Source: Paraspadella gotoi
Taxonomy: Eukaryota; Animalia; Chaetognatha
Length of the DNA: 64,000 bases
Direction: 5' to 3'
Assembly: GCA_051294375.1 (NCBI GenBank)
Contig: CM119267.1
Span: forward strand, 12,281,644 to 12,345,643
Shown: positions 14,360-25,716 of the stretch, in pieces
How positions within the stretch are numbered: the first letter of the stretch is position 1
How the letters are laid out: every line of letters begins with the position of its first letter
Notes under the pieces: model-generated
Told to the model about the DNA's origin: nothing
What the model saw: the letters and a program-made list of their open reading frames with translations, nothing else
Databases searched by the model: none
Translations under genes and position numbers: made by a program

Positions 14360-15288
14360 CCATGATGATCATTGATGGAAAAAAAATTGTCGCGGTTTGG
14401 AAAAGTCGGTTAATTTCATTGTCAAATATATTTTTTGGTCATTAAATAGATTTTAATATATAATATGACCTCCCTTGGACTGAATAAAAATATTATTTCT
14501 CAACAGCATAAAAATATTTATTACTTCCAAAAGAGGTTATCTTTTTGATCAAAAGGACTACTCATATTATTATTAATATTATATCTCTGACATTAATATT
14601 TTTATCAGATTTAGGGCAAAAATGGTCCTTGGCAAACAGTGAAAAGGATTGATCCCCTATAAAGTAAATCTGGCTTGAGTTGTTGCTGATATTGTGATGA
14701 TATGTATTATCTTTCCCTTCAATAAATCTTAGATTTTTTTTTGGACTTGTTTGATACTTCGTTCTGATAATACATCCAGAAGTAAATAAAAATGATAACT
14801 TTGCTCACAGAAAGGTTACCCGGGGCCTTATAACTTTTATTAATACTTTACAATATAAAAAAAATATTCTGGAGCATTTACAGCATCAATATATTTTTAA
14901 TATCACTCTTTTTTAACATATAAACTAATATTCATCCCTGAATCTATCTTAATAGAGATGATGCAATAACCATTTGACATGAGACTAAGAAAAGGCAGGG
15001 ATTTTTAATAATAATGATTTAACTCAAAAAGTAATAAAAAAGAACCGGAAATTAATATAAATAAAAAGTGTAGATATGAAAAAGATAAAAAAGGAAGCAT
15101 TTTTTTGGATAACTCATTTTTTTTGGCATAGAACTCTTTTATTTTTTGTCGTACATAAATAAGATACAGCTCATATAAATCACATAAAGCCAAAGTTTTT
15201 TGATATGTAAATTTTATTTTTCTATTCTTATATTAAAATGCCGAAAAATAGCTGGAAAGTAACCGCGACAATTTTTTTTCCATCATTG
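14360..15288 (-). mobile_element. Degenerate, internally deleted Tc1-like DNA transposon
   Basis: TIR (c)atgatggaaaaaaaattgtcgcggtt / aaccgcgacaattttttttccatcattg-TA; internal sequence homologous to 42843-43909, which carries DDE-transposase remnants. Confidence 0.78.
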
Positions 15289-15313
15289 TATAAAAAGAAA
15301 ATAAATCTTTCAA

Positions 15314-16197
15314 AAACAAGTTTGAGCAAACAATTTCGTATCTGCCCACGATCATTAGTTAATATGATCCGAAATATTTGTTTTTAGATCTTTTCGTCAC
15401 TGACTATGACAAAAGCAATAACGACGATGATGGCGACGACGGCAATAATGCCGATAACGATTGACTTGATTCATTGATTCATTGATTAAATAATTAATTA
15501 ATTTATAAATAAATTAATTGATTGAATAATTAATTAATAGAAAAATAAATTGATAGATTGAATAATTAATTGATTGATTAATTGACTAATTAATTACTTA
15601 TTGATTAATTAATTGACTAATTGATTAATTAACTGATTAATTATTTGATTAATTAATACATCTTGCATTTACATTTAATAAGAAAAAGAAGCATAATCAA
15701 TTAGTGAAACAGGTTTTTTGATTTTTCCATTTAAACTCATTTCCACTCAGACGATTCCATCGAAACTTCATTTCCAGCTTAATCACACACTTTCCTACCC
15801 ACATCCAAAATTTCAAGTCACTCGCCCCATCCACTGATTGGTAATTTGCGTTCAAATATTAAAAAATATTGTTTTGTTTTTTCCATTTAAACTCATTTCC
15901 ACTCGCACGCACGAATCCATCAAAACTTCATATCCCGCTCAATCACACACTTCCCTATCCATTCATCCAATCACGAATAATTTTTTGCTAAGGTGGGACG
16001 GACGGAAGACAGACAAACAAACAGACAGACAGACGGAAGGACGGTCGGACGGACATCATTTTTTTGGCATAATTTATCATAATTCGAGGTTCTGACATGA
16101 TATAAGTAAATGCCCGACAAGATTGAGGGGGCGGACCGAGGGACCGACAAAGTGAATTATAGAGACAAGATCTGTTTATAAGCAGATCCGACTAAAA
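15314..16197 (-). mobile_element. Helentron-associated interspersed element (HINE/DINE-1-like), family 1
   Basis: aaacaagtttgagcaaac end with a small hairpin, (GGAC/AGAC)n microsatellite, conserved core cataatttatcataattcga...gacaaagtgaattataga, terminal stem-loop gatctg...cagatccgact then an A-run; internal ATTG/TTAA low-complexity cargo at 15460-15660. Confidence 0.75.
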
Positions 16198-16434
16198 AGT
16201 AAGTTTTCGGGCGCGACGGTGAAGAAAGGTCACGTGGTCGTGAAACCCGTCACCAGCTCAAAGACACTTATATTAGGGGCGACGACGTCTTGGTCACCCT
16301 TGACTCATCGTCCCTCGCTCCTTTTCCTCTTTCCCCTTCTCGTAGTTTCAGCCTTTAATTTCGTATTCCGGGCCAAATCTGGCGGCGAATTAAAGCCATT
16401 CAGTCGGAAACCCCCGAACAGCTCAAAGTCTTAA

Positions 16435-16684
16435 GGGGAGAGGGCTCCTCAAGGGTCCAGCCATTTATAACGACCTTGTTTAAATAAAAAATTATTTTGT
16501 TCAAAAATTATAGGCAGTTGCTTTGAATATTTAAAATATAAGTTATTGATTCTGTCTCTAATTAAAAATGATTCTTCTTAAGAAACAATCAAACCTTTCA
16601 AAATATATTTTTTGTATAATTACTATTTCATTTAACTTTATATTATTTCTGAATTTGCTCCTCCTCAGAGAAGCTTCTCTCCCC
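16435..16684. mobile_element. Small MITE, Kolobok-like ends
   Basis: ttaa-ggggagagggctcctc ... gagaagcttctctcccc-ttag: ~16-bp imperfect TIR with RR terminus and TTAA/TTAG flanks. Confidence 0.45.
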
Positions 16685-16924
16685 TTAGGACCCTTTCTTA
16701 TTTTTCTTTCGTTTTTTCTTCTGGAGGCGGAACAGAAATTTCTCCTGAGTCAGCGACGATAAACAGAGAAACAACTTTGGGACTGATGGCGACCTATTCC
16801 TTTCGTTCTCCCTCTCGCTCTCGCTCTCCTCGCCCTTCCCTCTACCTTTAACTCTCTCTTTCTCTTTCCCGCTCGTTTTTTTGGCTTCTCGTTAACTCGC
16901 TTCCTTTCTTCTTATCTCGCTCGT

Positions 16925-17432
16925 TTTGGCTATATTTTGGATCGCTTGAGCTTCTTTGTGACGTCGTCGTCGTCGTTGTCGTCTGTGTCGGCGTCACACT
17001 TTTTTATATAAAAACTTCTACGCTTTTATAGTTTTGGCTGGGACTTACCGTTTTTTTTTAAATAAAAATTATTATGACTTACGATAAAGTTTTATAAAAG
17101 TATGCGATCATAATAAGTTAAAAATTTAGATATGGGTTATCATCTTAAAATAGCTTTGAAATTTTTATATTACATTTGGATTCAAGTATTTTTTTGTTTG
17201 AATTTCTAATTCATTATGATTTACTGAAATATGCAAATGAGATTATAGTACTCATTATAATATCCAAATTAGTATATAGAAATGCTTTAATCTAATTTAC
17301 ATATTGCAGTAAATAATATTGAAGATGAAATTCATAAAAAAATCTTTGAATCAATAAAAAACATGTGAAATCAATAGATTTTTTCATTAATTTTCCTGAT
17401 AGTAACGTCTGGCGAGATCACTATACTTTTAA
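16925..17432 (+). mobile_element. HINE family 2, 5'-truncated
   Basis: agcttctttgtgac(gtc)n...ggcgtca core shared with 25330, 28360, 59835 and 50340 (rc); 3' end gtctggcgagatcactatactttt shared with ~29910-29932. Confidence 0.65.
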
Positions 17433-17684
17433 GATTTTTTATATAGTATTCCTTGTGGCTTTGGTTTTCTCTCTCTCTCTCTCTCGCTCTCTCCATATAT
17501 TCGATCTAGTTCTTGATCTCCCTTACCCCCTCGCGGCCTCTCACGCTTTTGCCTTCGCTTCACCCATTATATCTCAGTTGATACATAAGAAACTTCCCGC
17601 TTGTCCTTTATCTTTATTATGACAGCCTCACCAGTCAACACCCACCCCCGTCATTGATGGTTAAAAGAGGGTTAGAATGGGAGG

Positions 17685-17825
17685 TGAGAGAGAGAAAGTG
17701 GGGGTTGGAAGGGGGGGTGAGAGAGAGAAAAGGGGGGTTGGAAGGGGGGTGAGAGTTAGAAAGGGGGGCTCGGAAGGGGGGGTGAGAGAGAGAAAGGGTG
17801 GGTTGGAAGGGGGGGTGTGAGAGAC
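17685..17825 (+). repeat. G-rich minisatellite (~31-bp unit, 4-5 copies)
   Basis: Repeated gagagagaaa(g)n-ttggaa-(g)n-t units. Confidence 0.85.
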
Positions 17826-18234
17826 AGAACCCCGCGTTTTTCTCGGAAAATTGATCTCGTTTGGCAGCCGGAAAAATGGGTGAAGGCGGTAGTTAGGCTT
17901 TGGCAGCGCGAGAGAACGGCTTCTCCTTTGAAACAATCCAGCCATCGAAGGAAAAAAAGCCCTTGTTACTGATCCTTTTCTGCAGTATTCTATTTTTGGA
18001 AATATATTGTGCTCTCGAAGAAAAAAAGTAATAACAACAAAATTTCAGTTTAAACAAAATTTCGAATGAAATAAAATAGATGTGACGTAAATTAAGCCTT
18101 TAACATACGCACATATAAAATCGAAAGGTGCATTTTATCTAATGGCGACAGAGCTTTAGTACATTTGTAAATTTGTACTTTAGTATATTTATTTTTGTAA
18201 TCATATTTTTCGCTTCGCGGAAAATGGAAAAATG

Positions 18235-18622
18235 TCAAGGGAGATGACAGACTCGTGCTTCTGTTTTGATTGCGTCTCGAATTTTTTGGATTGAAAATAG
18301 AATTACAAAGAAAAAAGGGAGAAAAAAAAATTGATGAATGGACGCGGGGAAAACATAATTCGGCCTGGAGAGGGAGGGAGGTTGGGGGGGAGAAGGAGAG
18401 AGTGGTTTGCAAGAGTGGTTTTGAGGGTCGTTTGCGAGAGTGGTTTCTAAGGGTGGTTTGCGAGGATAGTCGAAATAACGGGAGTGTGGAGTTTCATGTG
18501 AGAAGGAGACAGTGAGAGAGTGATGGGTAAATGTGATGCCCGTGAGGAAACTGAAGATGGCGGAATTGGGTGACGTGGGCGAAGATGGAGCATCAAGGGA
18601 AAATCTCGTGGGCGCGAGAATT
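18235..18622 (-). CDS. Possible second exon of the minus-strand candidate gene (3' boundary unknown)
   Basis: Acceptor-like ...tcatccaaactAG|A at 18623/18622 is phase-compatible with the upstream exon and continues as RILAPTRFSLDAPSSPTSPNSAIFSFLTG...; no strong downstream donor and no recognised domain. Confidence 0.2.
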
Positions 18623-18693
18623 CTAGTTTGGATGAATGACAGACATAAATTCGACGCCGAGCAAAACAAATTTTGTTTTCTACAGTTGCTCTT

Positions 18694-18815
<122 letters not shown>

Positions 18816-18874
18816 TCGTGTTCTACCCCTTCCCCCAGGGAACGACCCCTATTCCCCTTTCTCCCGAGACTCAC

Positions 18875-19017
18875 CTGTTGTAGAAGTACAAACAATTACA
18901 GAGACACTGGTAGAAGGAAGCCAAGTCGGGCGGGCTCATGCGATTCTCCCCATTGCCTTCTGCTGAGACTGCGGCTGCTGTGAGTGCGGCGACGAGAGGC
19001 AGGTCGCCCTCTGCCAT
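18875..19017 (-). CDS. Candidate first coding exon of an unidentified host gene (MAEGDLPLVAALTAAAVSAEGNGENRMSPPDLASFYQCLCNCLYFYN...)
   Basis: ctgATGG start, 47 open codons + 2 nt ending in a consensus donor CAG|GTGAGT; GC-rich, single-copy in the window, directly below the CCAAT/GC boxes. Confidence 0.55.
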
Positions 19018-19089
19018 CAGAATCGGATTTGGTGCTGCAGCCCGACACTCGCTGCAGCCGCGAAGGCGCTGGCAGCCGCAGACGCCCGC

Positions 19090-19200
19090 GTAGGGGCGGG
19101 ACGAACGCAGTGCAGCGGAATGTACTGCCGCTGCGTCGACGACGACGAAAGTCTCTCATTGGACAAAGCGAAAAAGGGGGGAAGCGCGCTCATTGGACGA
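19090..19200 (-). promoter_or_regulatory. Candidate Pol II promoter: two CCAAT boxes and a GC box
   Basis: gtCCAATgag twice on the minus strand (attgg at 19158-19162 and 19192-19196, 34 bp apart); ggggcggga at 19093-19101; CpG-rich context. Confidence 0.5.
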
Positions 19201-19944
19201 GACGGTGCGATGGGGTTGACGAGTTATTTTTTTTTACAACTTTCCGAATTATTGATTTCAGGTTGTCCTGTAACGTGAATTGTTATGTTTTTTTCAATCT
19301 TTATAAATCTTGTTTTTATTGCTATTTCACACTTTTCTCAAAGTTTGATGACGCTAATGTAATCGTAAAAAAAGTATTATAAATTTGTGGTTCACCGTTT
19401 GATTGTTTCTCTTGGTTGTAAGCTCAATCGATATTTTTTCCGAATCAGAATAAGATTTTGTCAACTAAATTTTTTTTAAATGTCGTCAAAGAGCGACGTC
19501 TATCAATATTTTTTTTAAAAATCTATCATTCCTATTTTTTCTTAAGCGTTGCCGTTTTTCTTGTTATTTTTTTAAACGAACATTTATTGATTTTTTAATT
19601 TTTTAATTTTTTGATTCATCACCATGGAAACGACGCCTGCGACGACGAAGAGAACGACGAAGAACAAGGAGCGACGACGAAAACAAATTCGTCGCCGTCG
19701 GCGTAAATAAAATCCAGACTTTTTTATTTATTTTTTTTTTAAGACTTATTTTTATTTCGTACTCGAAACGCGTTTCACAGGTTTCGATGTTTTTGTTGTC
19801 GTTTATATTGAAATGATTCTTTTTTTTTTCGTTGCGTTTTATATTTTTTATTCCTTTAAAAAAACACTTTTCCCGTCGAAATCTCCCGAGTATTTTATTT
19901 TTTTCACTGAAAAGAAAGAAATATGAAAAAATGAAAAAATGAAA

Positions 19945-20831
19945 AAACAAGTTTGAGCCAACAATGTCGGATCTACCTACGATTAAGCGGTAATAGCTAA
20001 TCCGATGATAAATCATGGTAATTTTTTCTAACTTTCAATTTAAGATCCTAACAAATTGTAACATAACAAATCATAACAAACTTCTTAATAAATCTATGAA
20101 AAAATCTATAAATCAATTTATTTATCAATCATTACCAGTAGCTGCGTCAAAACCAACTGACATAATTTGGTCAACTTGCATAATTTTGTAATTTTGCATA
20201 ATTTGATCAACTTGCATAATTTGATCAACTTTAATAATTTATTCAACTTGCTTTATTTGGTCAACTTGCAAAATTTAGTCAACAGGCGTAATTTGGTCAT
20301 CTGACTTAATTTTATTCAACAGGCATAATTTGGTCAACAGGCATAATTTGGTCAACTGGTTTAATATGGTCAACTGGCATGATTTAGTCAATTTGAATAA
20401 TTTGGTCAACTGACATAATTTTTTCAACTGGCATAATTTGGTCAACTGGCATAATGTTGTCAACTCGCATAATTTGGTCTACTCATATAATTTGGTCTAC
20501 TTGCTAAATTTGGTCAACTGTCAAATATAATTTGGACAACTGACAAAATTTGGTCAACCGGCATAATTTGTCAACTGGCATTATTTGGTCACTGGCATAT
20601 ATTGGTCGACTGGCATAATTTGGTCAGTCAATCAATCAATCACGGACAGATGGATGGACGGAAAGAAAGACGGACGGACGGACGGACATCGTTTTTTTTT
20701 GTATAATTTATCATAATTCGATGTTCTGATCTGATTCAAGTGAGTGCCCGACAACCTTTTGGGGTGCGACCGACAGACCGACAAAGTGGATTTTAGAATC
20801 GGAATCTGCTGATAAGCAAATCCGACTAAAA
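19945..20831 (-). mobile_element. HINE family 1 carrying an 18-bp minisatellite
   Basis: Same termini, core and (GGAC)n as 15314-16197; subterminal gtcggatct at both ends. Confidence 0.78.
20155..20625 (+). repeat. 18-bp minisatellite (caactggcataatttggt)n; inverted array also at ~39660-39840
   Basis: Head-to-tail diverged units; translates as repeated CQLTKL. Confidence 0.92.
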
Positions 20832-21890
20832 TGTGAAAAGAGAAAATTCTAACGTCGCAAGAGAGCGAAAAGTTTATATACAAAAACGTACGACGGTGAA
20901 GATGAAAATAAAGGAAACGACGGCGCGCCCATCCATCACGCCGACTCTCCCCCCCCTTTCCCCCACGCCTATCTCCCCTCCCCTCCTTCGCCCTCTCGCC
21001 TTTTGTTCCATATCATTTTGTTTTCTTCGTTGATCCCGGGGAGGCGCTTTTTTTTTTGGTTCCTTTTTTGTTCTTTTCTTTTGTTCTTTTGTTTTTCTTC
21101 ACCGATTTCGTTTTCGCCTCATCCCCCCCACGTCCCCTCCTTCTCCGCTTTCCGTCGCGATTCCCGGGTGCGCTTCCTCGTTTTCCAGAGAGGGGGGGCG
21201 CTGCTTGTTGCGCCTCGGCCAAGGAGTAAAGTGATTGGGGGCGTTGGAGTGTTCTTGATAAAATAAGTGACAGAGCGAAGGGAAGAAAAATGTGTAAGAA
21301 GGATATTTGTAAAAAACCTTTAAAAAATTAGGTTGCGCACTGCTCTGCTTAGTGGAGAAAACGAATAAAATAAATAAAATAAAATAAAATGAAAAACTAA
21401 ATGAGAAACAGATCAAATGAAGAAAGAGACGAAATTAAAAAGACGCAAAAAGAAAGTAAAACTAAAAGAGAAAAAGATAAAAAGAAATAAAAAAAAGGAC
21501 AAATGTGGAAGTTGAGAAGAGAAGAAAGTAGAAAAGAGAAGGAAACAATTTTTTAAAAACTTCTAATAACTAATGAAAGGCACTATTTTCTATTCGTAAA
21601 CCTTAATCCGTGAACTTATTTTTAACTCTTATATTTATCCCTAATTTAATTACCAAATCCCTATTCTCAAACTTTGTCAAAACATATCTTTGAAAATGAT
21701 TTCCCGAATGAAAAATTTGTGTCTTACTTTCTGGAATATTTTTAAAATAGTCTTTAAAAAATAATAATAATATTTATATGACCTGAAAGCCCTTTAAAAA
21801 CTGTATACTATGATACATTTTTCGATTATGTAATAGCAGATTCGAGAACGAAAGTTTTTAGTATTTTTACAACGATTTTATTACAAAGTA

Positions 21891-21932
21891 TTGGACATGT
21901 TTCGACTCTTGTTTTCGAGTCTTTATCGGCAG
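21891..21932 (-). pseudogene. Decayed hammerhead ribozyme motif (Penelope-like pLTR fragment)
   Basis: Minus strand: ccgataa(=CTGATGA with 2 changes)-a-gactc-gaaaacaa-gagtc-GAAAcatGTC, followed by the shared aataaaatcgttgt tail. Confidence 0.7.
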
Positions 21933-22389
21933 CTTTATTTTTATGTTAGAGCTTTCGTAAGTATATCATTTTTTCATATTTTTAAGGGCTTTCTGAGGAT
22001 ATTAATATTGTTAATACCTTGATAAATACTTTGTGAGTTGGAAAATGAAACACGATTTTAAAAGCCAACTTTCTCCACTCATTGTCAAGGCAAATCTTAA
22101 CTGATCAATATAAAATTTGAACACATAAATAATTTTAATGTTTTATACTCAAATAATTTTTAAAATCAATGAAATAACCACTGGTTTGCAAATGACAGCG
22201 TTTTTTTACCGGCGCTTTTAAAATTGTCACCATGTACTTTTAATTTGTACGTCTTATATTTATATATCTTTTTTCAAAATGTTAAATTCTCTACGCGTTT
22301 TCATATGGTGAATTTTTTATAGCGGCAGGTTTCAAATGGTTAAAAAAAAAGAAACACTGCCATGATGAAATGAAGGGAGGTAGGAAAAT

Positions 22390-22443
<54 letters not shown>

Positions 22444-22544
22444 GAGAATCGGAACGCTTAAGAGGAAAACTTTAGTTTTTAAAAAGAGGCTTCGCCCTGC
22501 GCTTTGGTGGAAGGGCGGACTAACAAACCGGAAAAAAGGAAAGG

Positions 22545-22579
<35 letters not shown>

Positions 22580-23159
22580 CGAGAGAGAGAGAGAGGAGAG
22601 AGAGAGTGAGTGAGAGATCGGAACGCATAAGAGAAAGCCTTAGTTTTTAAAAAAAAGGCATACGCCCTGCGCTTTGGTGGAAGGGGACTAACAAATCCGG
22701 GCACAAAAACACATCTCCTGGGAAAAGAGAGAGAGTGAGAGAGAAAGAGAGAGAGAGAGATAACGCAGGCTAAGAGCGTTTAGCTTGGTGGTCGCAATTT
22801 GCCATTTAACCAAAATGCGATTCGGTCCCCGACGAAACGGTTGTCTCTCGGCGGCAGCGTCGGCGGTAGCGGCGACGGCAGCGGCGGCGGTAGCGGCGAC
22901 GGCAGCGGCGTCGGCAGTGGTTTTGTCGGCCTCGGCCGCTACTCGTTTCCTCTGGATTTTAAGTCGCTTATTGCGAATTCAACATCCACGCCCTCTTCTT
23001 TTTTTTTTCTAGAGGCACTCGTGGACGGGAATCGAACTAGAGTTTCCTTAACCGTTAATTTTTCTACAACGTCGGTTAACTGTTAAAAATCGACTTTTTT
23101 AACCGTTCACGGTTAAAATCGGTTAATTTAGTGACTTAGCTTGTTTGATAATATAAATG

Positions 23160-23550
23160 CATTAGAAAAGTTTTTGAATTTTTTACAACGATTTTATTTG
23201 TAATAAAGCTCACTATTTTCGAGCCTTCATCAGCTCCTCCCGGTCTCATGAAGGAAAGGCATTGCTGATGGTGCTGGGTCATCGGCGTATCGTAGGTTGA
23301 GAGGAAAATGGGGTTGATCTCGTGTTAACTGGCTCAGGTAATGTTCCCTCTCTCTCTCTTTCTCTCTCTTTCTCTCTTTCGATCTCTGTCTCTCTTTCTT
23401 TAACTCACAAATTGTATTCCAATTCACAAATGTTAAGCGCTGATGAAGGCTCGAAAATTGTGAGCCGAAACATGTCTGCTTTATTACAAATAAAATCATT
23501 GTAAAAAATTCAAAAACTTTGCTAATCTCTTACAACAACGAAAGAAAGGA
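23160..23550. mobile_element. Short Penelope-like relic with inverted hammerhead-bearing ends (duplicate ~26965-27390)
   Basis: attagaaaagtttttgaa...gagccttcatcagc is the reverse complement of gctgatgaaggctc...aaaactttgctaat; extra tail acaacgaaagaaagga on the right side only; no ORF. Confidence 0.72.
23435..23481 (+). ncRNA. Minimal type I hammerhead ribozyme (variant A)
   Basis: aagcg-CTGATGA-a-ggctc-gaaaattgt-gagcc-GAAA-cat-GTC-tgctt: stem I aagcg/tgctt, stem II ggctc/gagcc, palindromic acatgt stem/loop III, predicted cleavage after C23476. Confidence 0.88.
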
Positions 23551-25274
23551 AATCAATTAAAACTTTGTATTAGAATCTTATATCAATATATAGCAAAGGA
23601 AGAGACTGAATTATAATAAAAATATCAATGATAGCGATTATGAGCTTCTATCTTTTTTAAAATTTAAAAGCGGCAACAGTTACAGAGAGAAACTTTTAAA
23701 AATTAAAATAAATGTATCTTTTGGTTTTCTATTTTAAACTCTTTTCTACTCCTACGATTCCATAAAAAATTATATCCAGCTTAATCACTTACTTTCCTAC
23801 CCTTCACATTGATTTAAGAAAATATTTCTAAAAACATAATAATTTAAAGAAAATAAGATATTTTTTACCAAAATATCTAAATTGGAAAAAATTAAATTTA
23901 ACCGAATTTAACCGTTAAAATAAAAAAATTAACGATTAAGTTAAAACAATTTTTCACCGTTATTAAGGGTTAATCTCTAAATCGAACCCGCGGCTTCGAT
24001 TTAAACCGCGAAAATCCTTCTCCCTCGGGCGCCGGGCGCCGCCTCTGGCATCGCAATCTCCATCCTTCGTGCATCGAATTTTCGCCGTGACTCACCAATC
24101 CCACTTTCACGGAACGACCCTCGACCCTCGACCCTCGCGGAGATTTGCTTTGACATCTGCAGCTCCTCATTTGGATTAAAATGATGTTTAAATCGATAAT
24201 TCACTCTAAAATTAATTCTAAAATTAACTTTCAGCCTGTAAAATCCACTAAATATATACAGTGTTAAAGTTAATTTTAGAAAATGTGGAGTGAATTATCG
24301 ATTTATATACAGTCATCGTTACCCAACGTGATCATTGACATGTTTTAAGTCGGCCTCGAATGTCAGTATCAGTCATCCGAACTAATTACTTTGAAATTAA
24401 TACAACCATTTTAAGGATTCTATATTAGTTTTATAGATTTCACTTATTTAATAAATTAATAGTAAGCATACTTTTTACTTTTTCTTTCCTCATTCTTTAC
24501 ATCTTCTTCCTGCTGTCCTGGCGTCCCTCTCATTCACAGTATCCTATTTCTCCTTTACCTCTTTTCCTTCTCACCTCACTTGTCCTTCCTTTCCTCCTTC
24601 CACAATATTCCTCTTTTCCCCACACCGCCTCGTTCTGCCCCTTTTCTCAATCCCCTTTCGTTGGGTCGTTGAGTTGAATTTTATTCACGAGGAATTCGAT
24701 GCCGATTTAAAAAAGAAAGGATAAAATTAAAAAGTGAGGAAATGAGAAGGAAACTAAAAGGACAACATTGGTTTACAAAGCAATCAAAAGCAAAAAACAT
24801 CGGTTTACAAAGCAATCAAAAGCAAAAAACGGAAAAGTATGTACAGTTCTAAAAGTTATTGAAAACAAGAACGTGTATTTTCACGTCTATCACATGATAT
24901 GACATGACATGACTAAAAAATGTTTTTCGTGTATTTATGACATGCACTACATCAAAATTCCGTCTTTTAGTTTTAGGCATTCCTGAAGGCAGCGCTAGCA
25001 GTCCCTTTGATTTGAGGTTTTTTTCTCTCTTAACAAATAAGCAACCAACTATAGGCAAATTATATGCATTTTTAATGTAAGTGGGACAGAAATACCAATG
25101 GACCGACATACCGACCAGCCAAAAAGTTGCTATGCGAGTACTCGCGGCGCAACTTAAAGCATTTTTAATTTTATTCTTTTAAAGTTTACTACACAGCACA
25201 AGAATTCCAATCGCTTACAAGAACCCAATCAGATTGGATAGGGGGCTAAGATCTCATTTCTAACTTTGCCATGT

Positions 25275-25579
25275 TTTTTATTTCGCCAGATGGGATTATG
25301 CCCATCTTGGCAAGATTTTGGATTGCTTTAGCTTCTTTGTGACTTCGTTATCGTTATCATCTGCATCGGCGTCATGCTTTTTTTGTTATAAAATTTTGAC
25401 TGGGGCTTATAATTTTTTTTAGTTGTAATTGTAACATTTCTAATTGTAAACAATTGTAACATTTTTTTGTCTTTCTTTAATTTTTTTAAATTATATTTTT
25501 TTTGTCAGGCGCTGCCTCTTCTGATTTGTTTAAAAAAACGAATTCAGCTCTACAGCGTTTAGATTTCTCTTTTTTTTTC

Positions 25580-25614
<35 letters not shown>

Positions 25615-25716
25615 ATTTTTCTCTCTCACTCATACACGCATTTGTTTGTTTTATTTACGATGAATGATTCATCACATCAATGATTATCATTGCATCAATG
25701 AATACTTATCATGTAG
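25275..25716 (+). mobile_element. HINE family 2, 5' portion (cut by the duplication junction)
   Basis: T-run then hairpin gccagatggg-attatg-cccatcttggc, then the family core agcttctttgtgac. Confidence 0.6.

Larger units (their letters stand above)
23038..23979. mobile_element. Non-autonomous hAT-like element (family 2); duplicate at 26836-27842
   Basis: Perfect 8-bp TSD aatcgaac (23030-23037, 23980-23987); tagag...ctcta termini; subterminal ttaaccg/cggttaa repeats at both ends. Confidence 0.88.

Noticed and set aside
20155-20625. CRISPR-like regular repeat array
   Set aside because: Head-to-tail 18-bp minisatellite without unique spacers; eukaryotic context and no cas genes.
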